NCBI RefSeq assembly: GCF_003334765.1
Contig: NZ_QOWT01000024.1
Origin: Escherichia coli
Lineage (GTDB): Bacteria > Pseudomonadota > Gammaproteobacteria > Enterobacterales > Enterobacteriaceae
Reading direction: 5' to 3' (one strand)
Length of the DNA stretch: 59,926 nucleotides
In this document: in pieces, positions 1-11,666 of the stretch
How the letters are laid out: each line of letters starts with the position of its first letter
Position numbering within the stretch: the stretch's first letter is position 1
Notes under the pieces: generated by a model
The model's database searches: none
Told to the model about the DNA's origin: nothing
Seen by the model: the letters and a program-made list of their open reading frames with translations, nothing else
Translations under genes and position numbers: made by a program

Positions 1-97
1 TTATCGTGAGAGTAATTCATCGGCACGTTAAATCATATCAGGCGTAATACCACAACCCTTAAGTTAGCGCTTATGGGGTTTTTCCCCACCGTTCAGG

Positions 98-492
98 GTG
101 TTCCCCGCGCCAGCGGGGATAAACCGGTCATCACGATGAATCAAAATTTCGCCCGGCTGTGTTCCCCGCGCCAGCGGGGATAAACCGCTTCTCCACCGTT
201 TGGCGAATCGGTGTGAGGGGTGTTCCCCGCGCCAGCGGGGATAAACCGATTGTTATAATTATTTATTGAAATATCATTCCGTGTTCCCCGCGCCAGCGGG
301 GATAAACCGAATCTATTGTGAATTTGAAATGGTCCAGCACTGTGTTCCCCGCGCCAGCGGGGATAAACCGGGTAAAAACACGGTCTGAACCGACATTCAT
401 GTGTGTTCCCCGCGTCAGCGGGGATAAACCGGGCGCACTGGATGCGATGATGGATATCACTTGGAGTTCCCCCGCCCCTGCGGTAGAACTCC
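98..492 (+). CRISPR. Type I-E CRISPR array: 7 direct repeats of 29 bp with 6 spacers of 32 bp; last repeat degenerate
   Basis: Repeat GTGTTCCCCGCGCCAGCGGGGATAAACCG at 98-126, 159-187, 220-248, 281-309, 342-370; variant with T at 415 at 403-431; degenerate terminal repeat GAGTTCCCCCGCCCCTGCGGTAGAACTCC at 464-492. Spacers at 127-158, 188-219, 249-280, 310-341, 371-402, 432-463, all exactly 32 bp. The repeat matches the E. coli type I-E repeat family. Confidence 0.95.
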
Positions 493-513
493 CAGCTCCC
501 ATTTTCAAACCCA

Positions 514-1551
514 TCAAGACGCCTTCGCCAGCTCCTTCACCAACGGTAGCATTATCCGCATAACGTCACGGCAGCGACGTTCTATTCTTCCAGGAAGTGC
601 CTTATCAATATGCTGTTGATTATCCAGTCTTACGTCATGCCAGCTATTTCCCGCAGGGAATGCGGCTGTTTTTGCGCGTTGCTGATAACCATCCTTATTC
701 CCAAGATTCCAGTTAGTCGCTTCCACCGAAAGTACAGCAATGCCCGCTTTGTCGAATATTTCTGCGTCATTACAACACCCAGTGCCTTTCGGATAATTTT
801 TATTCAAACCCGGATTGGTCGTTGCGGCTATTCCGTGACTGCGCGCAATTGCCAGCGCCCTGTCGCGCGTTAATTTCCTTACTGCTTCAGGGGTTTTTAC
901 ACCGCTGTTGAAATACAATTTATCGCCAACAATTAAGTTATCGAGATTAATCACCAGCAGCGTATTTTTCTTTTCGGTGTCACTCATCCGCTTGAGTAAA
1001 TTCTCAGCGCCTAATTTCCCTTCCTCTTCGCCGCTGGTCGCCACAAATCGAATACCATACTCGGTAGGCGTATTTTTCAGGCGTTCTGCCAATTCCAGCA
1101 TGACACCTAAACCTGCGGCGTTATCATCCATTCCTTGTAACGTCAGCCCGCCGAGATTGGCATCGGCGTCAGCATCGCTCAGCGGGGCGTAAGTATCCAG
1201 ATGCGCCATAATGATGATCTGCTGCGGCGCTTTGCCTTCATGAGCGGCAATCACCGTACTTCCTGTCACGTTATGCCAGTTCTTGCGATTATCGCGGGCG
1301 GTATAAATATACCGACTATTAAATGTCCGAATATCACTGCGATAACCCATTTGCTGAAACTGTTGGCGAATATAATCGGCAGATAACATTTCTGCTGGAG
1401 TTCCGGTCATGCGTCCCGGAAAGAAAGTAGCAATATGTCGTGCCTGGGTATTAGCAAAATCGCCAGGTTTAGGTGACGAGGCGTGTACGGGGAGAATAAA
1501 GCATACGCCGAGCGCTAGGGCAGCGGTACGGTGGCGCAATGCGGAAAACAT
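514..1551 (-). CDS. iap: Alkaline phosphatase isozyme conversion aminopeptidase
   Basis: 345 aa ORF, N-terminal signal peptide (MFSALRHRTAALALGVCFILPVHA), M28-type peptidase; lies next to the CRISPR array as in E. coli. Confidence 0.9.
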   Translation of the reverse strand: MFSALRHRTAALALGVCFILPVHASSPKPGDFANTQARHIATFFPGRMTGTPAEMLSADYIRQQFQQMGYRSDIRTFNSRYIYTARDNRKNWHNVTGSTVIAAHEGKAPQQIIIMAHLDTYAPLSDADADANLGGLTLQGMDDNAAGLGVMLELAERLKNTPTEYGIRFVATSGEEEGKLGAENLLKRMSDTEKKNTLLVINLDNLIVGDKLYFNSGVKTPEAVRKLTRDRALAIARSHGIAATTNPGLNKNYPKGTGCCNDAEIFDKAGIAVLSVEATNWNLGNKDGYQQRAKTAAFPAGNSWHDVRLDNQQHIDKALPGRIERRCRDVMRIMLPLVKELAKAS

Positions 1552-1802
1552 AGTGAGTCCTTAAATACCATGCAAATTTTTTTACCGCCATAGTATGAAA
1601 CTGCCGCTGCGCTAAAACAATTTCAAATCTTCCTAAACGCCCGAAATCCGGTGCCTTAAGCACTTTTTGATATTAGCTTTGCCAAATCGTTATTCCGTTA
1701 AGGAACTACTCATTCTAATTGGTAATTTCATTCGTTCTCTTACGCTCCCTATAGTCGAAACATCTGATGGCAAGAAAATAGCGGTATTGCAAAGGAACGG
1801 TT

Positions 1803-2711
1803 ATGGATCAAATACGACTTACTCACCTGCGGCAACTGGAGGCGGAAAGCATCCACATTATTCGCGAGGTGGCGGCAGAATTCTCAAATCCGGTGATGCT
1901 CTACTCTATCGGTAAAGATTCCAGCGTCATGCTGCATCTGGCGCGCAAGGCGTTTTATCCAGGTACGCTGCCTTTCCCGTTGCTGCATGTCGATACCGGC
2001 TGGAAATTCCGCGAGATGTATGAGTTCCGCGATCGTACGGCGAAAGCCTACGGCTGCGAGCTGCTGGTGCATAAAAACCCGGAAGGCGTGGCGATGGGGA
2101 TTAATCCATTCGTGCACGGCAGCGCGAAACATACCGATATTATGAAAACTGAAGGCCTGAAACAGGCGCTGAACAAATACGGTTTTGATGCCGCCTTCGG
2201 TGGTGCGCGCCGTGACGAAGAGAAATCCCGCGCTAAAGAGCGAATCTACTCTTTCCGTGACCGCTTCCATCGCTGGGATCCGAAAAATCAGCGCCCAGAG
2301 CTGTGGCACAACTACAACGGGCAAATTAACAAAGGCGAAAGCATCCGCGTCTTCCCGCTCTCTAACTGGACCGAGCAGGATATCTGGCAATACATCTGGC
2401 TGGAAAATATCGACATTGTGCCGCTGTATCTCGCTGCGGAACGTCCGGTTCTGGAACGCGACGGTATGTTGATGATGATTGATGACAACCGTATCGACCT
2501 GCAACCGGGCGAAGTGATTAAAAAACGGATGGTGCGTTTCCGTACGCTGGGCTGCTGGCCGCTGACCGGTGCGGTGGAGTCAAATGCACAAACACTACCG
2601 GAGATCATCGAAGAGATGCTGGTTTCTACCACCAGTGAACGTCAGGGCCGCGTGATTGACCGCGACCAGGCGGGGTCTATGGAGCTGAAAAAACGTCAGG
2701 GGTATTTTTAA
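1803..2711 (+). CDS. cysD: Sulfate adenylyltransferase subunit 2
   Basis: 302 aa ORF, PAPS reductase-like fold, recognised CysD sequence; followed by cysN with 1 bp spacing. Confidence 0.95.
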   Translation: MDQIRLTHLRQLEAESIHIIREVAAEFSNPVMLYSIGKDSSVMLHLARKAFYPGTLPFPLLHVDTGWKFREMYEFRDRTAKAYGCELLVHKNPEGVAMGINPFVHGSAKHTDIMKTEGLKQALNKYGFDAAFGGARRDEEKSRAKERIYSFRDRFHRWDPKNQRPELWHNYNGQINKGESIRVFPLSNWTEQDIWQYIWLENIDIVPLYLAAERPVLERDGMLMMIDDNRIDLQPGEVIKKRMVRFRTLGCWPLTGAVESNAQTLPEIIEEMLVSTTSERQGRVIDRDQAGSMELKKRQGYF

Positions 2712-2712
2712 G

Positions 2713-4140
2713 ATGAACACCGCACTTGCACAACAAATCGCCAATGAAGGCGGCGTCGAAGCCTGGATGATTGCGCAACAACATAAAAGCCTGCTGCGTT
2801 TTCTGACCTGTGGTAGCGTCGATGACGGCAAAAGTACCCTGATTGGTCGCCTGCTGCACGATACCCGCCAAATCTACGAAGATCAGCTCTCATCGCTGCA
2901 TAACGACAGTAAACGTCACGGCACCCAGGGCGAAAAGCTGGATCTGGCACTGCTGGTGGACGGCCTGCAAGCTGAGCGCGAACAGGGCATCACCATTGAC
3001 GTGGCTTACCGCTATTTCTCTACCGAGAAGCGTAAATTTATTATCGCCGACACCCCAGGGCACGAGCAGTACACCCGCAATATGGCGACTGGCGCATCGA
3101 CATGTGAACTGGCGATCTTACTGATCGATGCCCGTAAAGGCGTGCTCGATCAAACCCGTCGTCACAGTTTTATCTCCACACTGTTGGGGATCAAACATCT
3201 GGTCGTGGCGATCAACAAAATGGATCTGGTGGATTACAGTGAAAAGACGTTCACCCGTATTCGTGAAGATTATCTGACCTTTGCCGGGCAGCTGCCGGGT
3301 AATCTGGATATCCGCTTTGTGCCGCTCTCTGCACTGGAAGGCGACAACGTGGCTTCGCAAAGTGAAAGTATGGCGTGGTACAGCGGTCCAACACTGCTCG
3401 AAGTGCTGGAAACCGTGGAGATCCAGCGAGTGGTGGATGCTCAGCCAATGCGCTTCCCGGTGCAGTACGTTAATCGCCCGAATCTCGATTTTCGTGGTTA
3501 CGCCGGAACGCTGGCATCCGGTCGCGTAGAAGTCGGGCAACGAGTCAAAGTGCTGCCCTCTGGTGTGGAATCAAACGTCGCCCGGATCGTGACTTTTGAT
3601 GGCGATCGCGAAGAAGCCTTTGCCGGAGAAGCGATCACCCTGGTGCTGACGGATGAGATCGACATCAGCCGTGGCGATCTGCTGCTGGCGGCAGACGAAG
3701 CGTTACCAGCTGTGCAGAGCGCGTCGGTGGATGTGGTATGGATGGCGGAACAGCCGCTTTCCCCGGGCCAGAGTTATGACATCAAAATTGCCGGTAAGAA
3801 GACGCGTGCTCGTGTTGATGGCATTCGTTATCAGGTTGATATTAATAACCTTACCCAACGCGAAGTTGAAAACCTGCCGCTGAACGGCATCGGCCTGGTG
3901 GATCTCACTTTTGACGAGCCACTGGTGTTAGATCGTTATCAGCAAAACCCGGTTACCGGTGGGCTGATTTTTATCGATCGCCTGAGCAATGTGACCGTAG
4001 GTGCCGGTATGGTGCATGAGCCAGTTAGCCAGGCAACTGCTGCGCCATCTGAATTTAGTGCATTCGAACTGGAATTGAATGCCCTGGTTCGCCGCCACTT
4101 TCCACACTGGGGCGCGCGCGATTTGCTGGGGGATAAATAA
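2713..4140 (+). CDS. cysN: Sulfate adenylyltransferase subunit 1 (GTPase)
   Basis: 475 aa ORF with GTP-binding motif [11 protein letters not shown]-Tu-like. Confidence 0.95.
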   Translation: MNTALAQQIANEGGVEAWMIAQQHKSLLRFLTCGSVDDGKSTLIGRLLHDTRQIYEDQLSSLHNDSKRHGTQGEKLDLALLVDGLQAEREQGITIDVAYRYFSTEKRKFIIADTPGHEQYTRNMATGASTCELAILLIDARKGVLDQTRRHSFISTLLGIKHLVVAINKMDLVDYSEKTFTRIREDYLTFAGQLPGNLDIRFVPLSALEGDNVASQSESMAWYSGPTLLEVLETVEIQRVVDAQPMRFPVQYVNRPNLDFRGYAGTLASGRVEVGQRVKVLPSGVESNVARIVTFDGDREEAFAGEAITLVLTDEIDISRGDLLLAADEALPAVQSASVDVVWMAEQPLSPGQSYDIKIAGKKTRARVDGIRYQVDINNLTQREVENLPLNGIGLVDLTFDEPLVLDRYQQNPVTGGLIFIDRLSNVTVGAGMVHEPVSQATAAPSEFSAFELELNALVRRHFPHWGARDLLGDK

Positions 4141-4745
4141 TGGCGCTGCATGACGAAAACGTCGTCTGGCATAGCCATCCGGTCACTGTGCAACAACGCG
4201 AGCTACACCACGGTCATCGTGGTGTAGTGCTGTGGTTTACCGGCCTCTCCGGGTCCGGTAAATCAACGGTCGCCGGGGCGCTGGAGGAGGCGTTACATAA
4301 ACTCGGCGTCAGTACGTATCTGCTGGATGGCGATAATGTTCGCCACGGATTATGCAGCGATCTCGGTTTTAGCGATGCCGATCGTAAAGAGAATATCCGT
4401 CGCGTCGGTGAAGTGGCGAATTTGATGGTTGAAGCCGGACTGGTGGTGCTGACCGCATTTATCTCGCCACACCGCGCCGAACGCCAGATGGTTCGTGAAC
4501 GCGTAGGAGAAGGGCGCTTTATCGAAGTGTTTGTCGATACGCCGCTGGCGATTTGCGAAGCCCGCGATCCAAAAGGCTTATATAAGAAAGCGCGTGCCGG
4601 TGAACTGCGCTACTTTACGGGAATAGATTCCGTTTACGAAGCGCCTGAATCGGCAGAAATTCATCTCAATGGTGAACAATTAGTAACAAATTTGGTACAG
4701 CAATTATTAGATCTGTTGAGACAGAACGATATTATCAGATCCTGA
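4140..4745 (+). CDS. cysC: Adenylylsulfate (APS) kinase
   Basis: 201 aa ORF, P-loop GLSGSGKST; start overlaps the cysN stop (translational coupling). Confidence 0.95.
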   Translation: MALHDENVVWHSHPVTVQQRELHHGHRGVVLWFTGLSGSGKSTVAGALEEALHKLGVSTYLLDGDNVRHGLCSDLGFSDADRKENIRRVGEVANLMVEAGLVVLTAFISPHRAERQMVRERVGEGRFIEVFVDTPLAICEARDPKGLYKKARAGELRYFTGIDSVYEAPESAEIHLNGEQLVTNLVQQLLDLLRQNDIIRS

Positions 4746-4794
4746 GACACCACCGGGTTTCCATGCCCGGTTCGTCAAAGTAACAGGATCAAAT

Positions 4795-5118
4795 ATGCGT
4801 AATAGCCATAACATTACACTAACAAATAACGACAGCCTTACTGAGGATGAAGAAACCACATGGTCACTGCCTGGTGCCGTGGTCGGTTTTATCTCCTGGT
4901 TATTTGCGCTGGCGATGCCGATGTTGATTTATGGCTCTAACACGCTGTTCTTCTTTATCTACACCTGGCCTTTCTTTCTTGCGCTGATGCCCGTCGCGGT
5001 AGTGGTGGGGATTGCGCTGCATTCATTGATGGACGGAAAGCTACGCTACAGTATTGTTTTCACCCTGGTGACAGTAGGCATTATGTTTGGCGCACTGTTT
5101 ATGTGGCTACTGGGCTAA
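4795..5118 (+). CDS. ygbE: Small inner-membrane protein of unknown function
   Basis: 107 aa ORF with hydrophobic segments; conserved position between cysC and ftsB. Confidence 0.75.
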   Translation: MRNSHNITLTNNDSLTEDEETTWSLPGAVVGFISWLFALAMPMLIYGSNTLFFFIYTWPFFLALMPVAVVVGIALHSLMDGKLRYSIVFTLVTVGIMFGALFMWLLG

Positions 5119-5311
5119 TTTGTACTTTCCCGTCTCCTCTGTTCATAATTCAAACCGTAACTAATAATGAGATTATGTTCTGCACGCCCTGGGTATACGT
5201 AACAATGGACAAATGTGGTACATTTGCCCGCGTTGTCGCGGTATCCCCAACAGAGGATGTAGAGTCGTCTTCGGATGCATGGGATGATGATGCCGTTTTT
5301 CAGGGGGCAGG

Positions 5312-5623
5312 ATGGGTAAACTAACGCTGCTGTTGCTGGCTATTCTGGTCTGGCTACAGTATTCGCTGTGGTTCGGTAAGAACGGTATACATGACTATAC
5401 CCGCGTCAATGATGATGTGGCGGCACAGCAAGCTACAAACGCGAAACTTAAAGCGCGAAACGATCAACTTTTTGCCGAAATTGACGATCTCAATGGCGGC
5501 CAGGAGGCGCTCGAAGAGCGTGCGCGTAATGAACTCAGCATGACCAGGCCGGGCGAAACTTTTTATCGTCTGGTGCCTGACGCGTCGAAGCGCGCACAGT
5601 CTGCGGGGCAAAACAATCGATAA
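5312..5623 (+). CDS. ftsB: Cell division protein FtsB
   Basis: 103 aa ORF, N-terminal transmembrane segment followed by coiled coil. Confidence 0.9.
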
Positions 5624-5641
5624 ATCAGCCCGGGAATTAAC

Positions 5642-6352
5642 ATGGCAACCACTCATTTGGATGTTTGCGCCGTGGTTCCGGCGGCCGGATTTGGCCGTCG
5701 AATGCAAACGGAATGTCCTAAGCAATATCTCTCAATCGGTAATCAAACCATTCTTGAACACTCGGTGCATGCGCTGCTGGCGCATCCCCGGGTGAAACGA
5801 GTCGTCATTGCCATAAGTCCTGGCGATAGCCGTTTTGCACAACTTCCTCTGGCGAATCATCCGCAAATCACCGTTGTAGATGGCGGTGATGAGCGTGCCG
5901 ATTCCGTGCTGGCAGGTCTGAAAGCCGCTGGCGACGCGCAGTGGGTATTGGTGCATGACGCCGCTCGTCCTTGTTTGCATCAGGATGACCTCGCGCGATT
6001 GTTGGCGTTGAGCGAAACCAGCCGCACGGGGGGGATCCTCGCCGCACCAGTGCGCGATACTATGAAACGTGCCGAACCGGGCAAAAATGCCATTGCTCAT
6101 ACCGTTGATCGCAACGGCTTATGGCACGCGCTGACGCCGCAATTTTTCCCTCGTGAGCTGTTACATGACTGTCTGACGCGCGCTCTAAATGAAGGCGCGA
6201 CTATTACCGACGAAGCCTCGGCGCTGGAATATTGCGGATTCCATCCTCAGTTGGTCGAAGGCCGTGCGGATAACATTAAAGTCACGCGCCCGGAAGATTT
6301 GGCACTGGCCGAGTTTTACCTCACCCGAACCATCCATCAGGAGAATACATAA
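5642..6352 (+). CDS. ispD: 2-C-methyl-D-erythritol 4-phosphate cytidylyltransferase
   Basis: 236 aa ORF, recognised IspD sequence; start overlaps into ispF. Confidence 0.95.
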
Positions 6353-6831
6353 TGCGAATTGGACACGGTTTTGACGTACATGCCTTTGGCGGTGAAGGCC
6401 CAATTATCATTGGTGGCGTACGCATTCCTTACGAAAAAGGATTGCTGGCGCATTCTGATGGCGACGTGGCGCTCCATGCGTTGACCGATGCATTGCTTGG
6501 CGCGGCGGCGCTGGGGGATATCGGCAAGCTGTTCCCGGATACCGATCCGGCATTTAAAGGTGCCGATAGCCGCGAGCTGCTACGCGAAGCCTGGCGTCGT
6601 ATTCAGGCGAAGGGTTATACCCTTGGCAACGTCGATGTCACTATCATCGCTCAGGCACCGAAGATGTTGCCGCACATTCCACAAATGCGCGTGTTTATTG
6701 CCGAAGATCTCGGCTGCCATATGGATGATGTTAACGTGAAAGCCACTACTACGGAAAAACTGGGATTTACCGGACGTGGGGAAGGGATTGCCTGTGAAGC
6801 GGTGGCGCTACTCATTAAGGCAACAAAATGA
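6352..6831 (+). CDS. ispF: 2-C-methyl-D-erythritol 2,4-cyclodiphosphate synthase
   Basis: 159 aa ORF beginning [12 protein letters not shown], recognised IspF. Confidence 0.95.
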
Positions 6832-7857
6832 TTGAGTTTGATAATCTCACTTACCTCCACGGTAAACCGCAAGGCACCGGGCTGCTGAAAGCCAATCCGG
6901 AAGACTTTGTGGTGGTGGAAGATTTGGGCTTTGAGCCTGATGGTGAAGGTGAGCATATTCTGGTTAGAATCCTCAAAAACGGCTGCAATACCCGTTTTGT
7001 GGCGGATGCACTGGCGAAATTCCTGAAAATTCATGCCCGTGAAGTCAGCTTCGCTGGGCAAAAAGACAAACATGCTGTTACGGAACAGTGGTTATGCGCT
7101 CGCGTGCCGGGCAAGGAAATGCCCGATCTGAGCGCCTTTCAACTGGAAGGCTGCCAGGTGCTGGAGTATGCGCGGCACAAGCGCAAGCTGCGTTTAGGGG
7201 CGCTGAAAGGAAACGCCTTTACCCTGGTTCTGCGCGAAGTGAGCAATCGCGATGACGTTGAACAACGTCTGAACGATATTTGCGTAAAAGGTGTACCGAA
7301 CTACTTCGGTGCCCAACGTTTTGGGATTGGCGGTAGCAACTTGCAGGGGGCGCAGCGCTGGGCGCAAACCAATACTCCGGTGCGCGATCGCAATAAACGG
7401 AGTTTTTGGTTGTCGGCAGCCCGCAGTGCGTTGTTTAATCAGATTGTTGCTGAGCGCCTCAAAAAAGCAGACGTTAATCAAGTTGTTGACGGCGATGCGC
7501 TACAATTAGCCGGACGTGGTAGCTGGTTTGTCGCAACCACCGAAGAACTGGCGGAATTACAGCGTCGCGTTAACGATAAAGAGCTGATGATAACCGCCGC
7601 ATTGCCGGGCAGTGGCGAATGGGGAACTCAGCGTGAAGCGCTGGCATTCGAACAAGCAGCTGTCGCCGCAGAAACTGAATTACAAGCTTTACTGGTGCGC
7701 GAAAAAGTTGAAGCCGCGCGCAGAGCGATGCTGCTGTATCCGCAACAATTAAGCTGGAATTGGTGGGATGACGTCACCGTAGAGATCCGTTTCTGGCTTC
7801 CGGCGGGTAGTTTTGCAACCAGCGTTGTCAGGGAACTTATCAACACAACAGGTGATT

Positions 7858-7877
<20 letters not shown>
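6828..7877 (+). CDS. truD: tRNA pseudouridine(13) synthase
   Basis: 349 aa ORF, recognised TruD; 4 bp overlap with ispF. Confidence 0.93.
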
Positions 7878-9239
<1,362 letters not shown>

Positions 9240-9378
9240 AACGTGAGGAAATACCTGGATTTTTCCTGGTTATTTTGCCGCAGGTCAGCGTATCGTGAAC
9301 ATCTTTTCCAGTGTTCAGTAGGGTGCCTTGCACGGTAATTATGTCACTGGTTATTAACCAATTTTTCCTGGGGGATAA

Positions 9379-10518
9379 ATGAGCGCGGGAAGCCCAAAAT
9401 TCACCGTTCGCCGCATTGCGGCTTTGTCACTGGTTTCGCTATGGCTGGCAGGCTGTTCTGACACTTCAAATCCACCGGCACCGGTCAGCTCCGTTAATGG
9501 CAATGCGCCTGCAAATACTAATTCTGGTATGTTGATTACGCCGCCGCCGAAAATGGGGACGACGTCTACAGCGCAGCAACCGCAAATTCAGCCGGTACAG
9601 CAGCCACAAATTCAGGCTACTCAACAACCGCAAATCCAGCCAGTGCAGCCAGTAGCTCAGCAGCCGGTACAGATGGAAAACGGACGCATCGTCTATAACC
9701 GTCAGTATGGGAACATTCCGAAAGGCAGTTATAGCGGCAGTACCTATACCGTGAAAAAAGGCGACACACTTTTCTATATCGCCTGGATTACTGGCAACGA
9801 TTTCCGTGACCTTGCTCAGCGCAACAATATTCAGGCACCATACGCGCTGAACGTTGGTCAGACCTTGCAGGTGGGTAATGCTTCCGGTACGCCAATCACT
9901 GGCGGAAATGCCATTACCCAGGCCGACGCAGCAGAGCAAGGAGTTGTGATCAAGCCTGCACAAAATTCCACCGTTGCTGTTGCGTCGCAACCGACAATTA
10001 CGTATTCTGAATCTTCGGGTGAACAGAGTGCTAACAAAATGTTGCCGAACAACAAGCCAGCTGCGACCACGGTCACAGCGCCTGTAACGGTACCAACAGC
10101 AAGCACAACCGAGCCAACTGTCAGCAGTACATCAACCAGTACGCCTATCTCCACCTGGCGCTGGCCGACTGAGGGCAAAGTGATCGAAACCTTTGGCGCT
10201 TCTGAGGGGGGCAACAAGGGGATTGATATCGCAGGCAGCAAAGGACAGGCAATTATCGCGACCGCAGATGGCCGCGTTGTTTATGCTGGTAACGCGCTGC
10301 GCGGCTACGGTAATCTGATTATCATCAAACATAATGATGATTACCTGAGTGCCTACGCCCATAACGACACAATGCTGGTCCGGGAACAACAAGAAGTGAA
10401 GGCGGGGCAAAAAATAGCAACCATGGGTAGCACCGGAACCAGTTCAACACGCTTGCATTTTGAAATTCGTTACAAGGGGAAATCCGTAAACCCGCTGCGT
10501 TATTTGCCGCAGCGATAA
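9379..10518 (+). CDS. nlpD: Murein hydrolase activator lipoprotein NlpD (LysM plus degenerate M23 domain)
   Basis: 379 aa ORF, lipobox LAGCS, internal QQPQIQ repeats, C-terminal M23-like domain. Confidence 0.95.
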   Translation: MSAGSPKFTVRRIAALSLVSLWLAGCSDTSNPPAPVSSVNGNAPANTNSGMLITPPPKMGTTSTAQQPQIQPVQQPQIQATQQPQIQPVQPVAQQPVQMENGRIVYNRQYGNIPKGSYSGSTYTVKKGDTLFYIAWITGNDFRDLAQRNNIQAPYALNVGQTLQVGNASGTPITGGNAITQADAAEQGVVIKPAQNSTVAVASQPTITYSESSGEQSANKMLPNNKPAATTVTAPVTVPTASTTEPTVSSTSTSTPISTWRWPTEGKVIETFGASEGGNKGIDIAGSKGQAIIATADGRVVYAGNALRGYGNLIIIKHNDDYLSAYAHNDTMLVREQQEVKAGQKIATMGSTGTSSTRLHFEIRYKGKSVNPLRYLPQR

Positions 10519-10580
10519 ATCGGCGGAACCAGGCTTTTGCTTGAATGTTCCGTCAAGGGATCACGGGTAGGAGCCACCTT

Positions 10581-11573
10581 ATGAGTCAGAATACGCTGAA
10601 AGTTCATGATTTAAATGAAGATGCGGAATTTGATGAGAACGGAGTTGAGGTTTTTGACGAAAAGGCCTTAGTAGAAGAGGAACCCAGTGATAACGATTTG
10701 GCCGAAGAGGAACTGTTATCGCAGGGAGCCACACAGCGTGTGTTGGACGCGACTCAGCTTTACCTTGGTGAGATTGGTTATTCACCACTGTTAACGGCCG
10801 AAGAAGAAGTTTATTTTGCGCGTCGCGCACTGCGTGGAGATGTCGCCTCTCGCCGCCGGATGATCGAGAGTAACTTGCGTCTGGTGGTAAAAATTGCCCG
10901 CCGTTATGGCAATCGTGGTCTGGCGTTGCTGGACCTTATCGAAGAGGGCAACCTGGGGCTGATCCGCGCGGTAGAGAAGTTTGACCCGGAACGTGGTTTC
11001 CGCTTCTCAACATACGCAACCTGGTGGATTCGCCAGACGATTGAACGGGCGATTATGAACCAAACCCGTACTATTCGTTTGCCGATTCACATCGTAAAGG
11101 AGCTGAACGTTTACCTGCGAACCGCACGTGAGTTGTCCCATAAGCTGGACCATGAACCAAGTGCGGAAGAGATCGCAGAGCAACTGGATAAGCCAGTTGA
11201 TGACGTCAGCCGTATGCTTCGTCTTAACGAGCGCATTACCTCGGTAGACACCCCGCTGGGTGGTGATTCCGAAAAAGCGTTGCTGGACATCCTGGCCGAT
11301 GAAAAAGAGAACGGTCCGGAAGATACCACGCAAGATGACGATATGAAGCAGAGCATCGTCAAATGGCTGTTCGAGCTGAACGCCAAACAGCGTGAAGTGC
11401 TGGCACGTCGATTCGGTTTGCTGGGGTACGAAGCGGCAACACTGGAAGATGTAGGTCGTGAAATTGGCCTCACCCGTGAACGTGTTCGCCAGATTCAGGT
11501 TGAAGGCCTGCGCCGTTTGCGTGAAATCCTGCAAACGCAGGGGCTGAATATCGAAGCGCTGTTCCGCGAGTAA
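10581..11573 (+). CDS. rpoS: RNA polymerase sigma factor RpoS (sigma-38)
   Basis: ORF track 10545-11573; conserved N-terminus [21 protein letters not shown] begins at the internal ATG at 10581, giving 330 aa; sigma-70 family regions recognisable. Confidence 0.95.
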   Translation: MSQNTLKVHDLNEDAEFDENGVEVFDEKALVEEEPSDNDLAEEELLSQGATQRVLDATQLYLGEIGYSPLLTAEEEVYFARRALRGDVASRRRMIESNLRLVVKIARRYGNRGLALLDLIEEGNLGLIRAVEKFDPERGFRFSTYATWWIRQTIERAIMNQTRTIRLPIHIVKELNVYLRTARELSHKLDHEPSAEEIAEQLDKPVDDVSRMLRLNERITSVDTPLGGDSEKALLDILADEKENGPEDTTQDDDMKQSIVKWLFELNAKQREVLARRFGLLGYEAATLEDVGREIGLTRERVRQIQVEGLRRLREILQTQGLNIEALFRE

Positions 11574-11588
11574 GTAAGCATCTGTCAG

Positions 11589-11661
11589 AAAGGCCAGTCT
11601 CAAGCGAGGCTGGCCTTTTCTGTGCACAATAAAAGGTCCGATGCCCATCGGACCTTTTTAT
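11589..11661. terminator. Bidirectional intrinsic terminators between convergent rpoS and ygbN
   Basis: Hairpin AGGCCAG-N12-CTGGCCT flanked by AAA and TTTT (11589-11620); hairpin GGTCCGATG-N3-CATCGGACC flanked by AAAA and TTTTTATT (11631-11662). Confidence 0.85.
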
Positions 11662-11666
11662 TAAGG

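Noticed and set aside
1-97. Possibility that a cas gene or further repeats lie at the window start
   Set aside because: No 29 bp repeat occurs in 1-97, and no repeat at the expected 61 bp periodicity. The track has no plus-strand ORF there. The region is too short to judge a cas2 3' end, so I left it unannotated rather than call a gene.
263-563. Small ORFs of 84 aa and 81 aa over the CRISPR array
   Set aside because: They read through the repeats (the recurring PAPAG/SAPGL peptide is just the repeat translated) and are not genes.
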